A DNA stretch of 64,000 bases, taken from Alphaproteobacteria bacterium. Lineage in GTDB: Bacteria > Pseudomonadota > Alphaproteobacteria > UBA828. The notes beneath the pieces are model-generated. The model did not search any database. It saw only the letters and a list, made by a program, of their open reading frames with translations, and had not been told where the DNA came from. Location of the stretch: contig CBDEFM010000002.1 of NCBI GenBank assembly GCA_965237415.1, positions 3,971,331 to 4,035,330 on the forward strand, written 5' to 3'. Shown piece by piece: positions 22,096 to 33,252 of the stretch. The position numbers and the translations under genes are program-made. Within the stretch, counting starts at the first letter, position 1; the number at the start of each line of letters is the position of its first letter.

Positions 22096-22587
22096 ATGAC
22101 GACACTCGTGAGGATCCTCGCCGTTATCCTTCTCTTGGCCGGCGTTGGCGCCATTCTCCCTGGTTCGGGCGCCTTGGCCGCGGGCAGCTCCAGCGGCTCG
22201 AGCGATACAGCGTCCCAGGCGGACCAGCGCAATATCGAGCGCGGCAAGCAGGCAATCGAGGCCGGCGACTGGGAACGCGCCGCGAGCTTTCTCGCGCGAG
22301 CAGCGGAGGCCAATTCGCGCAACGCGGACGTCTTCAACCTGCTCGCCTACAGCTATCGCTATCTCGGCCGGCTCGATGACGCCTTCGCGAACTACGGGAG
22401 GGCGCTTGACCTCGATCCTAAGCACCTTGGCGCCCACGAGTACATCGGCGAGGCCTATCTGATGGTCGGCGATCTCGCCAAGGCCGAGGAGCACCTGGCG
22501 ACCCTGACGGGGATCTGCGCCTCCTGCGAAGAGACGGAGGAGCTGGCGGAGGCCATCGCGCACTTCAAGGAAGGCGCGTCGCAATAG
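22096..22587 (+). CDS. Secreted TPR-repeat protein
   Basis: Signal peptide; NADVFNLLAY, ALDLDPKHLGAHEYIGEAYL; CxxC near the C-terminus. Confidence 0.8.
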   Translation: MTTLVRILAVILLLAGVGAILPGSGALAAGSSSGSSDTASQADQRNIERGKQAIEAGDWERAASFLARAAEANSRNADVFNLLAYSYRYLGRLDDAFANYGRALDLDPKHLGAHEYIGEAYLMVGDLAKAEEHLATLTGICASCEETEELAEAIAHFKEGASQ

Positions 22588-22637
22588 ACCGGGCCGAAGT
22601 CCCGCGCTCCGCCGACGACGCACGAGGAGAATCGGCG

Positions 22638-23060
22638 ATGAACGTCCCCTTCTGCGGCGGCTGCGCATGCGGCGCCACTCGCTACGAGTGTGCGGGCGCG
22701 CCGCGCTACATGGGCAACTGCCATTGCCGCGACTGCCAGCAGGCAACCGGCAGTGCCTACATGCCGGTCGTGGTGGTGAAGGAGAGCGACTTTTCCCTGT
22801 TGCGCGGCGAGCCGAGCTGGTTCGAGAGACCCTCGGACAGCGGAAACACCATGGGGCGGGCGTTCTGCCCCGCGTGCGGCACACCGATGTTTCTGACCAA
22901 CGGAGGGCACACAGGGGTTCGGGCGGTCTATGCGGGAAGCCTGGACGACCCAAGCTGGTACAAGCCGAGCCGTGAGATTTACGTGGCGAGCGCGCAGCCT
23001 TGGGCTCTCATGCACCCGGACCTTCCCAAGGACGAGGGCATGCCGGGGCGAAAGGGCTAG
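22638..23060 (+). CDS. GFA/CENP-V family protein
   Basis: GGCACG, CHCRDCQ, FCPACGT. Confidence 0.92.
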   Translation: MNVPFCGGCACGATRYECAGAPRYMGNCHCRDCQQATGSAYMPVVVVKESDFSLLRGEPSWFERPSDSGNTMGRAFCPACGTPMFLTNGGHTGVRAVYAGSLDDPSWYKPSREIYVASAQPWALMHPDLPKDEGMPGRKG

Positions 23061-23226
23061 CCCGGAATTCCGACCGAAGGCATCGAGCCGGCGGCTTGAT
23101 CGCCGGCGCGGGCGCCGCGCTTGACAAGCCGGCCCGTTCCGTGCGCTTTCCCGATCCGGCCCCGGCCCGCTCCGGGCACCACCCTCCACACCTCGCTCCA
23201 ACCTAAACTCCACTGGGCCTCCCGCC

Positions 23227-25026
23227 ATGCATCGATTTCGTACCCACACCTGCGGCGCGCTCAGGCCGTCCGATGTCGGCTCCACCGTGCGCCTCTCCGG
23301 CTGGGTCCATCGGGTGCGCGATCACGGCCACCTCGTCTTCGTGGACCTGCGCGACCACTACGGCATCACCCAGTGCGTCGCCGAGACAGGCGAGCCGCTC
23401 TTCGACGCGGTGACGGCGCTCAAGCCCGAGACCGTGGTGACGGTGACTGGCCCGGTGGTCACGCGCGACGAAGAGACGGTGAACTCCAAGATCCCGACCG
23501 GCGAGGTCGAGGTCCGCATCGCCGCGCTGGAGGTGCAGAACGCCGCCGAGACGCTGCCGCTGCCGGTCCACGGCGAGCACGACTACGGCGAGGAGGTGCG
23601 GCTCCGCTACCGCTTCCTCGACCTCAGGCGCGAGCGCATGCACCAGAACATGGTGCGGCGCAGCGCGATCGTCGCCAGCATTCGCCGCCACATGGTCGAT
23701 CAGGGCTTCATGGAGTGCCACACGCCGATCCTGACCGCGAGCTCGCCCGAGGGCGCGCGCGACTTCCTCGTGCCGAGCCGCCTCCATCCGGGCACCTTCT
23801 ACGCGCTGCCCCAGGCCCCGCAGCAGTTCAAGCAGCTGGTGATGGCGTCGGGCTTCGACCGCTACTTCCAGATCGCGCCGTGCTTCCGCGACGAGGACGC
23901 CCGCGCCGACCGCTCCCCCGGCGAGTTCTACCAGCTCGATATCGAGATGGCCTTCGTCGAGCAGGAGGACGTGTTCGAAGCGCTGGAGCCGGTCATGCAC
24001 GGCGTCTTCACGGAATTCACCGAGCGCACCGTCACCCGGCCGCCCTTCCCACGCTTGGCCTACAAGGATGCGATGCTGCGCTACGGCACGGACAAGCCGG
24101 ACCTGCGCATCCCCATCGAGATCGTCGATCTGACCGAGCAGTTCGCGGGCGACGCGGTCACCTTCAAGGCCTTCAAGGGCACCATCGCCAAAGGCGGCGT
24201 CGTGCGCGGAATTCCGGTCAAGGGGGCCGCCAGCCAGCCGCGCAGCTTCTTCGACCGCATGATCGCGTACGCCCAGAGCCTCGGCGCGCCCGGCCTCGGC
24301 TACATCACCTTTGCCGACGGTGCGGGCAAGGGGCCCATCGCCAAGTTCGTGCCCGAGGCGGTGCAGGAGGAGATCCGCTCGATCGCGGGCCTGGAGGACG
24401 GCGACGCGGTCTTCCTGAGCTGCGACAAGCCAGACGCCGCCGCGCGCTACGCGGGCGCCGTGCGGCTCGAGCTCGGCAAGCGGCTCGACCTGATCGACGA
24501 GGACACCTTCGCGTTCTGCTGGATCATCGACTATCCGATGTTCGAGCGCGACGAGGCGACCGGCGCCATCGGCTTCAGCCACAACCCCTTCTCCATGCCG
24601 CAAGGCGGGGTGGAGGCGCTGGAGAGCGACGACCCGCTCAGCGTGCTCGCTTACCAGTACGACATCGTCTGCAACGGCGTGGAGCTTTCCAGCGGCGCGA
24701 TCCGCAATCACCGGCTCGACCTCATGGTCAAGGCGTTCGAAATCGCGGGCTACGGCGAGGACGAGGTGAAGCGCCGCTTCGGCGCGCTCTACCACGCCTT
24801 CCAGTACGGCGCGCCGCCCCACGGCGGCATCGCGCCGGGGATCGACCGGATCGTCATGCTGCTCTCGGACGAGCCCAACATCCGCGAGGTCATCATGTTC
24901 CCGCTGAACCAGACGGCGCAGGACCTGATGATGGGGGCGCCGGCGCCGGTGCCGGCCAAGCACCTCAAGGAGCTGAGCCTCAAGCTCGACCTCCCGCCCA
25001 AGCGGGAGCACGAGAAGGACGAATAG
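23227..25026 (+). CDS. aspS: Aspartate--tRNA ligase (probably non-discriminating Asp/Asn)
   Basis: [41 protein letters not shown]; TTGACA at 23121. Confidence 0.98.
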   Translation: MHRFRTHTCGALRPSDVGSTVRLSGWVHRVRDHGHLVFVDLRDHYGITQCVAETGEPLFDAVTALKPETVVTVTGPVVTRDEETVNSKIPTGEVEVRIAALEVQNAAETLPLPVHGEHDYGEEVRLRYRFLDLRRERMHQNMVRRSAIVASIRRHMVDQGFMECHTPILTASSPEGARDFLVPSRLHPGTFYALPQAPQQFKQLVMASGFDRYFQIAPCFRDEDARADRSPGEFYQLDIEMAFVEQEDVFEALEPVMHGVFTEFTERTVTRPPFPRLAYKDAMLRYGTDKPDLRIPIEIVDLTEQFAGDAVTFKAFKGTIAKGGVVRGIPVKGAASQPRSFFDRMIAYAQSLGAPGLGYITFADGAGKGPIAKFVPEAVQEEIRSIAGLEDGDAVFLSCDKPDAAARYAGAVRLELGKRLDLIDEDTFAFCWIIDYPMFERDEATGAIGFSHNPFSMPQGGVEALESDDPLSVLAYQYDIVCNGVELSSGAIRNHRLDLMVKAFEIAGYGEDEVKRRFGALYHAFQYGAPPHGGIAPGIDRIVMLLSDEPNIREVIMFPLNQTAQDLMMGAPAPVPAKHLKELSLKLDLPPKREHEKDE

Positions 25027-25036
25027 TCTCGCCCGC

Positions 25037-25363
25037 TCAGTGCTGCGGGTTGAAGTGCAGGGGGTCGCAGGCCTCGATTACCTCGCGGCGCTTGTAGATC
25101 TCCACGAGGTTGGCGACCTCAACCGGAGACAGCGTCAGCAGGTAGAGGCGGTGCGCGGGTGCCGGCTTTTCGTCGCCGTCCGGGACGCCGTCGAGGTAGG
25201 CGATGATCTCCTCCATGCGCGGCATCATGGCATCGTAAAAGGCGCCGATCTCCTCCATCGAGGACGCCACCTTCTTCGCCGCGCGCGCTCGCTCGGGCTC
25301 CAGCGCCCAATCGAGCCAGGGGGCGAGATCCTCGAATGCCTCCGGCAATAGGGCCTCGGTCAT
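25037..25363 (-). CDS. Small conserved hypothetical protein downstream of the Rieske oxygenase
   Basis: RBS GGAGGG; LPEAFEDL..W, SSMEEIGAFYDA; co-oriented with the oxygenase. Confidence 0.7.
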   Translation of the reverse strand: MTEALLPEAFEDLAPWLDWALEPERARAAKKVASSMEEIGAFYDAMMPRMEEIIAYLDGVPDGDEKPAPAHRLYLLTLSPVEVANLVEIYKRREVIEACDPLHFNPQH

Positions 25364-25395
25364 CGTGCGCGTCCCCTCCGTCTCGCGACTGCCGC

Positions 25396-26586
25396 TTACG
25401 CGTTCCGGTAGAACCCGCAGTGATCCTCCAGCACCTTGTGGAAGTAGCGGATCGGCGTCTCGTCGTCCTGCAGGATCACGTGCGACTTCGCGCGCGACGC
25501 GAGGCCCGCATGGACGTTCTCGTGCGCGATCGTGTCCTCATGCAGCGTGTCCCGGATGAGGCACTTGAAATATTCCTGCTGGAAGCGCTCGCGCGTATTC
25601 GCGGGCTCCCTGAAGTGCATGCGGATCTCCCAGATCGTCCGATCGATGGCCATGGGCCAGAAGTTGTAGCTGACATAGCTGGTCGAGTTACCGACATCGA
25701 ACAGCAAGATGACGAAGTTCGGGAACAGCACGAAGAAGTCGAACTCGCCGATCATCTGCGGGATACGGGTGACGGGGGCGCCGTTTTCCGCAGCGAAGAC
25801 GATGCTCTCCAGCGGGGTGAGCTTGTGGGTCGGGTCGTACTCGCACGACCAGACGGAGTGATAGTTGTAGAGATTGACGTCCTGGAAGCGGCAGTGCCCC
25901 TTGTCGTTCATCAGGAAGGCATCGCCCAGGATCCGGCGATGCTGGAAGGGCAGGTGGTAGAGCTCGTTCTGCGCATCGAGCCCGACCTTCCAGTTGGCGC
26001 GCTCGTCCACCAGGTAGGTCTGCATCAGCGGCATCTCGTGGAAGGGGCAACCGTCGAGCTGGTCCGCAACGCCGCCGAGGTATGCCCGCAGCGTCTCCAC
26101 AGGTTCCGGATCCAGGTGGACGAAGACGAAGCCCTCCCAGATGTCCGTGTTCACCGGCGTCAGCCCATGGTCGCGCTTGTCGAAGTCGAAAAAATTCTCC
26201 TCGTCCGGCACGCGGATCAGCTCGCCGGTGTCGCTGTACACCCAGTTGTGGAAGTGGCAGTAGACGCTGCCGGGGCATGAGCCGCGCTCATCCAGCACCA
26301 GTGTGTTGCCGCGGTGCGAGCAGACGTTGAAGAAGCCGCGCACGACGCCGTCCGAGCCCCGGATGATCAGGACCGAGGTCTTGCAGATGGCGATGTCGCG
26401 CACGTAGTAGTCGCCGGCACGCGGGATTTCGTCGACACGGCCGACGTTGATCCAGCACCGGCGGAAGATGAGGTCGCGCTCGAGCTCGTAGTGCTTGTCG
26501 GAGACGTAGGGCTCGGTCGGCACTGGCTCGGTCCCCAGCCCGGGGTACTTCTCCGCCCACTGCTTCTCGCGCATCACGGTCTTCAT
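25396..26586 (-). CDS. Rieske non-heme iron aromatic ring-hydroxylating oxygenase, alpha subunit
   Basis: Rieske ligands CSH...CHFH; mononuclear Fe site NWK...ELYHLPFQH and HED. Confidence 0.92.
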   Translation of the reverse strand: MKTVMREKQWAEKYPGLGTEPVPTEPYVSDKHYELERDLIFRRCWINVGRVDEIPRAGDYYVRDIAICKTSVLIIRGSDGVVRGFFNVCSHRGNTLVLDERGSCPGSVYCHFHNWVYSDTGELIRVPDEENFFDFDKRDHGLTPVNTDIWEGFVFVHLDPEPVETLRAYLGGVADQLDGCPFHEMPLMQTYLVDERANWKVGLDAQNELYHLPFQHRRILGDAFLMNDKGHCRFQDVNLYNYHSVWSCEYDPTHKLTPLESIVFAAENGAPVTRIPQMIGEFDFFVLFPNFVILLFDVGNSTSYVSYNFWPMAIDRTIWEIRMHFREPANTRERFQQEYFKCLIRDTLHEDTIAHENVHAGLASRAKSHVILQDDETPIRYFHKVLEDHCGFYRNA

Positions 26587-26782
26587 CGGTCCCCCTTCCG
26601 CGCACCCCGGCGCGGCTTCCGATGGGCTCTTCAGGCCACGGACCGCAACGGTAGCACGCCCGCCCACGCCCGCGCAGCTACCGCTGTCGATACCGCTCTT
26701 GTCGGCCGGGAAAAAAGCCTATACGGGGTCCGTGGCCGGCGGAACCGGCCGAGGGGCCGCAAGGGACCGGGAGGAGACGTCC

Positions 26783-27157
26783 ATGAGCGACAGCTACCAA
26801 GGGATCACCGATGTGGTGCAAGACTATTTCGACGGGCTTTACGAGTGCGACCCGGAGAAGCTCGCCACGATCTTTCACCCGTCCTGTCATCTGTTCGCGA
26901 ACATGGACGGCGCATTCGTCGACTGGCCGCGCGAGGAGTGGTTCGAGATCGTGAGGGGGCGTGAGTCGCCGGCGTCGAAAGGGCAAGCGCGTCACGACCG
27001 CATCGTCTCCATCGACATGTCCGACGATAACACCGCCGTCGTGACCTGCGAGTGCGCGATCCATCCGCGCTACTTCACCGACTTCCTGAGCCTGATCAGG
27101 ATCGACGGCGACTGGAAGATCGTCTCGAAATCGTTCCGGTTCGACGTTCACGAATAG
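26783..27157 (+). CDS. NTF2-like (lumazine-binding/SnoaL-like) protein
   Basis: RBS GGAGGAG; YFDGLY, FTDFLSL, WKIVSK. Confidence 0.85.
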   Translation: MSDSYQGITDVVQDYFDGLYECDPEKLATIFHPSCHLFANMDGAFVDWPREEWFEIVRGRESPASKGQARHDRIVSIDMSDDNTAVVTCECAIHPRYFTDFLSLIRIDGDWKIVSKSFRFDVHE

Positions 27158-27169
27158 GCGACCCGGCGT

Positions 27170-27244
27170 TCAGCCGGTGCCGACCGTCAGTTCCACACCG
27201 TTGATGGCAAGAACGTCGGCGAGCGTCAGATAGTCCCGCGTCAC
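27170..27244 (-). pseudogene. doc: Internally deleted Doc/Fic toxin relic (24 aa)
   Basis: GTGA overlap with the antitoxin stop; MTRDYLTLADVLAI fused to NGVELT; no HPFxDGNKR motif. Confidence 0.65.
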
Positions 27245-27468
27245 TGCGCGAGCTTCTTGTAAAGCGGCGCGTAGCGGGCGTGGCTCTTCCGATAGGCGCT
27301 CATCACATGCGGCCTGACCGTGCCCTGCCGCCGCTGCTCGATCAGCGCTGCGATCGCCTCTTCGACGAGCGCCTGGATTTGACGGCCCTCTTGCTTCGCC
27401 AGACTTCGCAGGTCGGCGAGCAGCGCGCCGTCGACCAGCGTGGCGAGTTTCTCGCGAGACTGCGGCAT
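27241..27468 (-). CDS. Ribbon-helix-helix antitoxin of a Doc-type TA module
   Basis: REKLATLVD...LRSLAKQEGRQIQALVEEA...LYKKLAQ; coupled to the Doc relic. Confidence 0.7.
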   Translation of the reverse strand: MPQSREKLATLVDGALLADLRSLAKQEGRQIQALVEEAIAALIEQRRQGTVRPHVMSAYRKSHARYAPLYKKLAQ

Positions 27469-27487
27469 GGTGAGGCCTCGATTGCTC

Positions 27488-27509
27488 TTTGAAGGCCTAG
27501 TTCTTCAAA
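27488..27509. promoter_or_regulatory. Palindromic operator upstream of the antitoxin
   Basis: TTTGAAG-N8-CTTCAAA perfect inverted repeat about 20 bp upstream of the ATG. Confidence 0.5.
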
Positions 27510-27558
27510 TCATGAAACATCGGGCTCGTTCCGACCCTCCGGCCGCGTGACCCGGCGC

Positions 27559-28257
27559 TCAGCCGTCAGCGCGGTGCCAGGCCGTGAGCGCGGCGAGGTC
27601 GTGGAAGGTGATGTCCGGCTCGACGTCGACCGGCGGCGTGGCACCGCCGGGGCGGCCGGCGCGGCGGTCGATCCAACAGGTGGCGAAGCCGGCTGCGCGG
27701 CCGGGCTGGACGTCGTGGAAGAGGCTCTGGGCCACGTGCAGCACCTGGCCGGGCGCGATACCCTCGTCCGCGAGCAGCGCCTTCGCGCGTTCGAAATGCG
27801 CCGGCGCCGGCTTGTAGCTCCCGACATCCTCGGCGGTGACGACGGCGTGGAAGGGGTCGCCCAGGCGCCGGGCGCTGTGGGCGAATGAGGCCCGGTCCAC
27901 GTTCGAGAGCACCATCAGCAGCCCATGCTGCTTGAGGTAGGCAAGCGCCTCCACCGTATCGGGGAAGGGCGGCCAGTCGGCGATCGAGGCGCCGAACGCG
28001 TGGGCCTTCTCATCCGTCGCTACGTGACTGAAGTCGGCCGCGATTGCCTTGCAGACGCGGCCTAGCACCTCGGGATAGATCATCGCCGGGTTCTCTTCTT
28101 GGATGGCGTGCTCGTGCCGGGCGAAGGCGGCGAGTAGTGCCTCGTCGGCGGCATCGATCGCCAGAAGCGCGCGGAGCGCCCGGAGCATGCCTTGCTCCCA
28201 GTCGATGAGGGTGCCGTAGCAATCGAAAGTGAAGGCGCGAAAGGCGCTCGGGTTCAT
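27559..28257 (-). CDS. HAD-superfamily hydrolase (haloacid dehalogenase type II-like)
   Basis: FDCYGTLIDWE, LSNVD, GSYKP, HVAQSLFHD. Confidence 0.92.
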   Translation of the reverse strand: MNPSAFRAFTFDCYGTLIDWEQGMLRALRALLAIDAADEALLAAFARHEHAIQEENPAMIYPEVLGRVCKAIAADFSHVATDEKAHAFGASIADWPPFPDTVEALAYLKQHGLLMVLSNVDRASFAHSARRLGDPFHAVVTAEDVGSYKPAPAHFERAKALLADEGIAPGQVLHVAQSLFHDVQPGRAAGFATCWIDRRAGRPGGATPPVDVEPDITFHDLAALTAWHRADG

Positions 28258-28316
28258 AGGCTCATCCTGCTGTCATGGGTGTTGGTCCGGCGGACACGCG
28301 CGGCGCCGGCAGGAAC

Positions 28317-29135
28317 TCAGCGCGCCGGGCCGAGATGCGCCTCGAAGAACCTTAGCATACGCGCCTGCGAATCCCGCCGCGCCTCGGGGTTCCCGGCCAC
28401 CGTGTGGAACTCGCCGGGCGGCATTTCAATGACAAATGGCCCACCCATGGGCAGATCGAACGAATGATGGGTGTCCGGATAGATCGTCAGGTCGACGTGG
28501 TCGGGGTCCCGAGAGGCGACAGCGCTGCAGAGCCGGGCCGGGGTCCAATCGTCGTCGGCGCCGATCAGGATCTTGACCGGTACATCGAAGCGATAGAGGT
28601 AATCGAAGCAGTAAGGATAGTACGCGACCGCTGCCGCGTAATCTGTCTTCGCGCGGCCGTGGGCGGTCGCCGCCACGCGCAGGGCGGTGCTGCCGCCCAT
28701 CGACAGGCCCACCACGCCGATTCGGTCGGCGTTCACGAACGGCAGCGACGTCAGATGATCGAATGCGGCATACGCATCGGCCAATTGGTCCGACGCATAT
28801 TCGCCTCTGCAGGACTGCACGATGCCGCGCGGGCCGAAGCTGTCGACGATGAGCGTGACATAGCCGTTCTCGTTCAGCAGTCGGGCGTGCCGGTTCAGGC
28901 CGCGCCAGACGGTCTGATACGGCGTGTTCCTTTCCGTCCCGGTGCAGCCGTGCAGCAGAACGACGGCGGGGAAGGGGCCGTCGCCTTCGGGCTTGGCGAG
29001 CCAGGACGTGAGGGTCACATCCGCTTCGTCGCTGGCGATCGAGGTGGCCGTTCCCTGCGTCTGACAGGCCGAAAGCCCCATGACCAGAACGGCGATCAAG
29101 GCGCCGACGGCGCCCAATCTTGCGGCGATGCTCAT
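28317..29135 (-). CDS. Dienelactone hydrolase family lipoprotein
   Basis: Lipobox LSAC; VLLHGC, GLSMGG, GADDDWTP, HHSFD. Confidence 0.85.
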   Translation of the reverse strand: MSIAARLGAVGALIAVLVMGLSACQTQGTATSIASDEADVTLTSWLAKPEGDGPFPAVVLLHGCTGTERNTPYQTVWRGLNRHARLLNENGYVTLIVDSFGPRGIVQSCRGEYASDQLADAYAAFDHLTSLPFVNADRIGVVGLSMGGSTALRVAATAHGRAKTDYAAAVAYYPYCFDYLYRFDVPVKILIGADDDWTPARLCSAVASRDPDHVDLTIYPDTHHSFDLPMGGPFVIEMPPGEFHTVAGNPEARRDSQARMLRFFEAHLGPAR

Positions 29136-29318
29136 CGGTGTTCCTCCCCCTATGCTATCGCGGCGCAGCCCCGATGACTGTTTCGGTATGCCGCAATCGC
29201 ATAGGCCGCTTGACGGCCCCGGTAAAGGGCGCTGAAATGGGCGGAAGAAAGAAGGGGAGTGCGCATTGCACGCACTCCCCAGTGCCAGTGGTTCATGACC
29301 GCGGGAGATCGACGGTCG

Positions 29319-32300
29319 TCAGGAACAACCACTGGTAGCGCCACAGGTAACGCACTTCATGCAGGTCCCGTTGCGGACCAGCGTGAAATTTCCGCAGTCG
29401 CCGCAGGCCTCGCCCTCGTAGCCCTTGCCGCGCGCCTGGAGCAGGGGGTCGCGGCCGCTCGCCGATTGGCTGCCGGCGGCCTGGTGGCCGCGCTGCGCAC
29501 GCTTCGAGAATGTTGCTGCCGCGTGGCCGCTTAGCCCGTTGCCCGGCCCCGGCGTGCCGCGCCCCGGTGTCTCCAACCGGCGGGCGCTTTCGCGGCTGCC
29601 CCTCTCATCGCTGCCCCCGCCGCCGGCGCCGCCGTTGAGCACCAGCAGATTGGAGCGGACATAGCCTGCACTCACCGGGTCGTCGGGGCCGGCACTGGTG
29701 CCGCCGTGCCGGTCCGGCATCGGAGCGCGCACCGTCTGCTCCTCGCCGCCGCCGATGGTGTCGGGCAACAGGTCTTCGGCCTCGGCATGGGAGAGGTCGC
29801 TGCGCCCCAGATAGGAGATGGCGAGCTCGCGGAAGATGTAGTCGAGGATCGAGGTGCTCATCTTGATGGCGTCGTTGTTGACCACTATCCCCGCCGGCTC
29901 GAACCGCGTGAAGGTGAAGGCATCGACGTACTCGTCCAGCGGCACGCCGTATTGCAGGCCGATCGAGATCGAGATCGCGAAATTGTTCATCAGGCTGCGG
30001 AAGGACGCACCTTCCTTGTGCATGTCGATGAAGATCTCGCCGAGCGAGCCGTCCTGGAACTCTCCGGTTCTGAGATAGACCTTGTGGCCGCCGACGATGG
30101 CCTTCTGCGTGTAGCCGCGCCGCCGATGGGGCAGGCGCCGGCGCTCGCCCTCGCGAATCACTTGCTTGACAATGCGCTCGGCGACGGCGAGCGGATCGGG
30201 CTGGCTCATCGCGGCGAGCGGTGCGGCGGCAGTTTCGTCCTCCGTCTCCTCCTCGAGGCCGTCGCCAAGCGCGAGCGCGGAGAGCGGCTGGGAGAGCTTG
30301 GAGCCGTCGCGGTAGAGCGCGTTGGCCTTGAGGCCGAGGCGCCAGGAAAGCTCGTAGGCCCGGCGGCAATCCTCGACGGTGCCGTCCATCGGCAGGTTGA
30401 TGGTCTTCGAGATGGCGCCGGAGATGAAGGGTTGGGCCGCCGCCATCATGCGCACATGGCTCTCGGTCGAGAGGCAGCGGTTGGAGCCGGTCCGCCCGCA
30501 GGGATTGGCGCAGTCGAAGACGGGCAGATGCTCGGCCCTGACGTGCGGCGCGCCTTCCAGCGTCATCGCACCGCAGCAATAGAGGGTGGCCGCCTCGATC
30601 TCGCGCGCGCTGAAACCCAGAGCGCCGAGCAGATCGAAGCCCGGCCGGTCGAGGTCGCCGGCATCGAGGCCGAGCGTGCCGGTGCAGAAGTCGACACCGA
30701 GCGTCCACTTGTTGAACGCGAGGTTCAGGTCGAAGGCGGCATCGAGGGCGCCCTCGATGCGCGCGATGACCGCCGACGTGAAGCCCTTGCGCGCGAGCGC
30801 GGCGTGGTCGATCGCGGGTGCACCCTTGAGGGTGCCGTTGCCGACGGCGTAGGCGACGATCTCGCGAATCTGCGGCGCCGTGTAGCCGAGCGTTTTCAGC
30901 GCCTTCGGCACCGTCCCGTTGATGATCTTGAAGTGCCCGCCGCCGGCCAGCTTCTTGAACTTCACCAGGGCGAAGTCAGGCTCGATGCCGGTGGTGTCGC
31001 AGTCCATGACGAGGCCGATGGTGCCGGTGGGCGCGATCACCGTCGCCTGAGCGTTGCGGTATCCGTGCTTCTCGCCGAGCTTCACCGCGCGGTCCCAGGC
31101 GCTCTTCGCGGCCTTGCCGAGCGCCCGGTCGGGCAGGTTGGCGTGATCGAGCGGCACCGGGCGAATGTCGAGGCCCTCGAAGCGCTCGCTCTCGCCGCGG
31201 GCGGCGGCGCGGTGGTTGCGTATCACCCGCAGCATGGCGTCCCGGTTGTCGTCGAACGCGGGGAAGGCGCCATGCTCGCCGGCCATTTCCGCCGAGGCTG
31301 CGTAGGCGGTGCCGGTCATGAGCGCGCTGATGGCGCCGCAGAGCGCCCGGCCCTCGGTGCTGTCGTAGGAAAGCCCGAGTGACATGAGCAACCCGCCCAG
31401 ATTGGCGAAGCCGAGGCCCAGCGTCCGGTGGAGATAGGAGCGCTGCGCAATCTCCCGCGACGGGAACTGCGCCATCACCACCGCGATCTCGAGGACGACG
31501 GTCCAGAGCCGGACGGCGTGCTCGAAGCTCTCGATGTCGAAGCTGCCGTCCTTGCGCCGGAAGGTGATCAGGTTGAGCGAGGCGAGGTTGCAGGCCGTGT
31601 CGTCGAGGAACATGTATTCGGAGCAGGGGTTGGACGCGTTGATCCGCCCCCCCGCCGGGCACGTGTGCCAGGCATTGATGGTGCTGTCGAACTGGATGCC
31701 GGGATCGGCCGACGCCCAGGCGGCCTCCACGATCTGGTCCCACAGCGCCCGCGCTTCGATGGTCTTCGCCACCTTGCCGTCGGTGCGGCGGATCAGGTCC
31801 CACGGCCCGCCGGTCTCGACCTGCTGCAGGAAGGCATCGGTCACGCGGATCGAGTTGTTGGAGTTCTGGCCCGATACGGTGAGATAGGCCTCCGACTGCC
31901 AGTCGGAGTCGTAGATGCGGAAGTCGATCTCGGTGAAGCCCTGCTCGGCCCAGCGGATCGCGCGGTAGATGCAGGTCTCCGGCACGAGCGCCTTGCGCGC
32001 CTCGCGGACGGCACCGCTGAGCGCGGGGTTGGACTTGGGCTCGAACCGGCCCGTGCCGCTCCCCGCGTGGCAGGCCGCAACGACCGCGTTGAGGTGCTTA
32101 TGCAGAAGCTGCGAGCCGCTCACCAGCGCGGCGACCTTCTGCTCCTCCACCACCTTCCAGGAGACGAAGTCTTCGATGTCGGGATGGTCGACGTCGACGA
32201 TGACCATCTTGGCGGCGCGCCGGGTGGTGCCGCCCGACTTGATGGCGCCGGCGGCGCGGTCGCCGATCTTGAGGAAGCTCATCAGGCCCGACGACTTGCC

Positions 32301-33050
32301 TCCGCCCGAGAGCGGCTCGCCCTCGCCGCGCAGGTTGGAGAAGTTCGTGCCCGTGCCCGAGCCGTACTTGAAGAGCCGCGCCTCGCGCACCCAGAGGTCC
32401 ATGATCCCGCCCTCGTTGACGAGGTCGTCCCGGATGCTCTGGATGAAGCAGGCGTGCGGCTGCGGGTGCTCGTAGGCCGACTCGGCCTCCTTCAGCGCGC
32501 CCGACTCGAAATCGACGTAGTAGTGACCCTGGGCCGGGCCGTCGATGCCATAGGCCCAATGCAGCCCGGTGTTGAACCACTGCGGCGAGTTGGGCGCCGC
32601 GACCTGGAGCGCCAGCATGGCGAAGAGCTCGTCATAGAAGGCGTGGGCGTCCGCTTCACTGTCGAAGTAGCCGGCCTTCCAGCCCCAGTAGGTCCAGGTG
32701 CCGGCGAGGCGATGGAACACCTCCTTGGCTGAGCGCTCGCCCTGGCTCGGCTTGTCGTCTGCAGGGTCGGCGCTCTCTTCGGCCTTCGGGTCCGGCGCAC
32801 TCCGCCACAGCCATTCCGGCACGCCCGCCTCGGGCACCGGCTTGCGCCGCGCTGCGATGCCGGCCTTGCGGAAGTACTTCTGGGCGAGGACATCGCAGGC
32901 AACCTGCGACCAGCCGGCCGGGACCTCGACGTCCTTCTGCGCGAACACCACCGAGCCGTCGGGATTGCGGATCTCGCACGCGGTCGTGCGGTACGCCAGC
33001 TCCTCGCGGGGCGATCCGTCGTCCGTCGTATAATGGCGCTCGATGCGCAT
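29319..33050 (-). CDS. nrdJ: Class II (B12-dependent) ribonucleotide reductase
   Basis: [49 protein letters not shown] domain, C-terminal Zn ribbon ending GCS. Confidence 0.97.
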   Translation of the reverse strand: MRIERHYTTDDGSPREELAYRTTACEIRNPDGSVVFAQKDVEVPAGWSQVACDVLAQKYFRKAGIAARRKPVPEAGVPEWLWRSAPDPKAEESADPADDKPSQGERSAKEVFHRLAGTWTYWGWKAGYFDSEADAHAFYDELFAMLALQVAAPNSPQWFNTGLHWAYGIDGPAQGHYYVDFESGALKEAESAYEHPQPHACFIQSIRDDLVNEGGIMDLWVREARLFKYGSGTGTNFSNLRGEGEPLSGGGKSSGLMSFLKIGDRAAGAIKSGGTTRRAAKMVIVDVDHPDIEDFVSWKVVEEQKVAALVSGSQLLHKHLNAVVAACHAGSGTGRFEPKSNPALSGAVREARKALVPETCIYRAIRWAEQGFTEIDFRIYDSDWQSEAYLTVSGQNSNNSIRVTDAFLQQVETGGPWDLIRRTDGKVAKTIEARALWDQIVEAAWASADPGIQFDSTINAWHTCPAGGRINASNPCSEYMFLDDTACNLASLNLITFRRKDGSFDIESFEHAVRLWTVVLEIAVVMAQFPSREIAQRSYLHRTLGLGFANLGGLLMSLGLSYDSTEGRALCGAISALMTGTAYAASAEMAGEHGAFPAFDDNRDAMLRVIRNHRAAARGESERFEGLDIRPVPLDHANLPDRALGKAAKSAWDRAVKLGEKHGYRNAQATVIAPTGTIGLVMDCDTTGIEPDFALVKFKKLAGGGHFKIINGTVPKALKTLGYTAPQIREIVAYAVGNGTLKGAPAIDHAALARKGFTSAVIARIEGALDAAFDLNLAFNKWTLGVDFCTGTLGLDAGDLDRPGFDLLGALGFSAREIEAATLYCCGAMTLEGAPHVRAEHLPVFDCANPCGRTGSNRCLSTESHVRMMAAAQPFISGAISKTINLPMDGTVEDCRRAYELSWRLGLKANALYRDGSKLSQPLSALALGDGLEEETEDETAAAPLAAMSQPDPLAVAERIVKQVIREGERRRLPHRRRGYTQKAIVGGHKVYLRTGEFQDGSLGEIFIDMHKEGASFRSLMNNFAISISIGLQYGVPLDEYVDAFTFTRFEPAGIVVNNDAIKMSTSILDYIFRELAISYLGRSDLSHAEAEDLLPDTIGGGEEQTVRAPMPDRHGGTSAGPDDPVSAGYVRSNLLVLNGGAGGGGSDERGSRESARRLETPGRGTPGPGNGLSGHAAATFSKRAQRGHQAAGSQSASGRDPLLQARGKGYEGEACGDCGNFTLVRNGTCMKCVTCGATSGCS

Positions 33051-33108
33051 GGGGCCTCCAAAGCGGCCAAGAACCGAAGAAGCTCTGCGACTGCCACCCA
33101 AACACACT

Positions 33109-33175
33109 GGACAACATATAGGGTTTCAAGGCGACAGAACCGCAATCTATGGTAAGTAACGCTAAATATCTTGGG
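33109..33175. promoter_or_regulatory. NrdR boxes upstream of nrdJ
   Basis: GGACAACATATAGGGT (33109) and CGCTAAATATCTTGGG (33160) resemble acaCwAtATaTwGtg in an AT-rich intergenic stretch. Confidence 0.6.
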
Positions 33176-33252
33176 TCTGTCAACAACAAATTTGTTACAA
33201 TTGGCTGGGCCATTTCTCGCTTCCGCGGCCCGTAAAGCACCGCCTAAGCGTC

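Noticed and set aside
29319-33050. Intein or intron in nrdJ
   Set aside because: Length and motif order fit ordinary long alphaproteobacterial NrdJ; no splice or LAGLIDADG motifs
33051-33252. Cobalamin riboswitch before nrdJ
   Set aside because: No B12-box or conserved core seen; NrdR boxes explain the region
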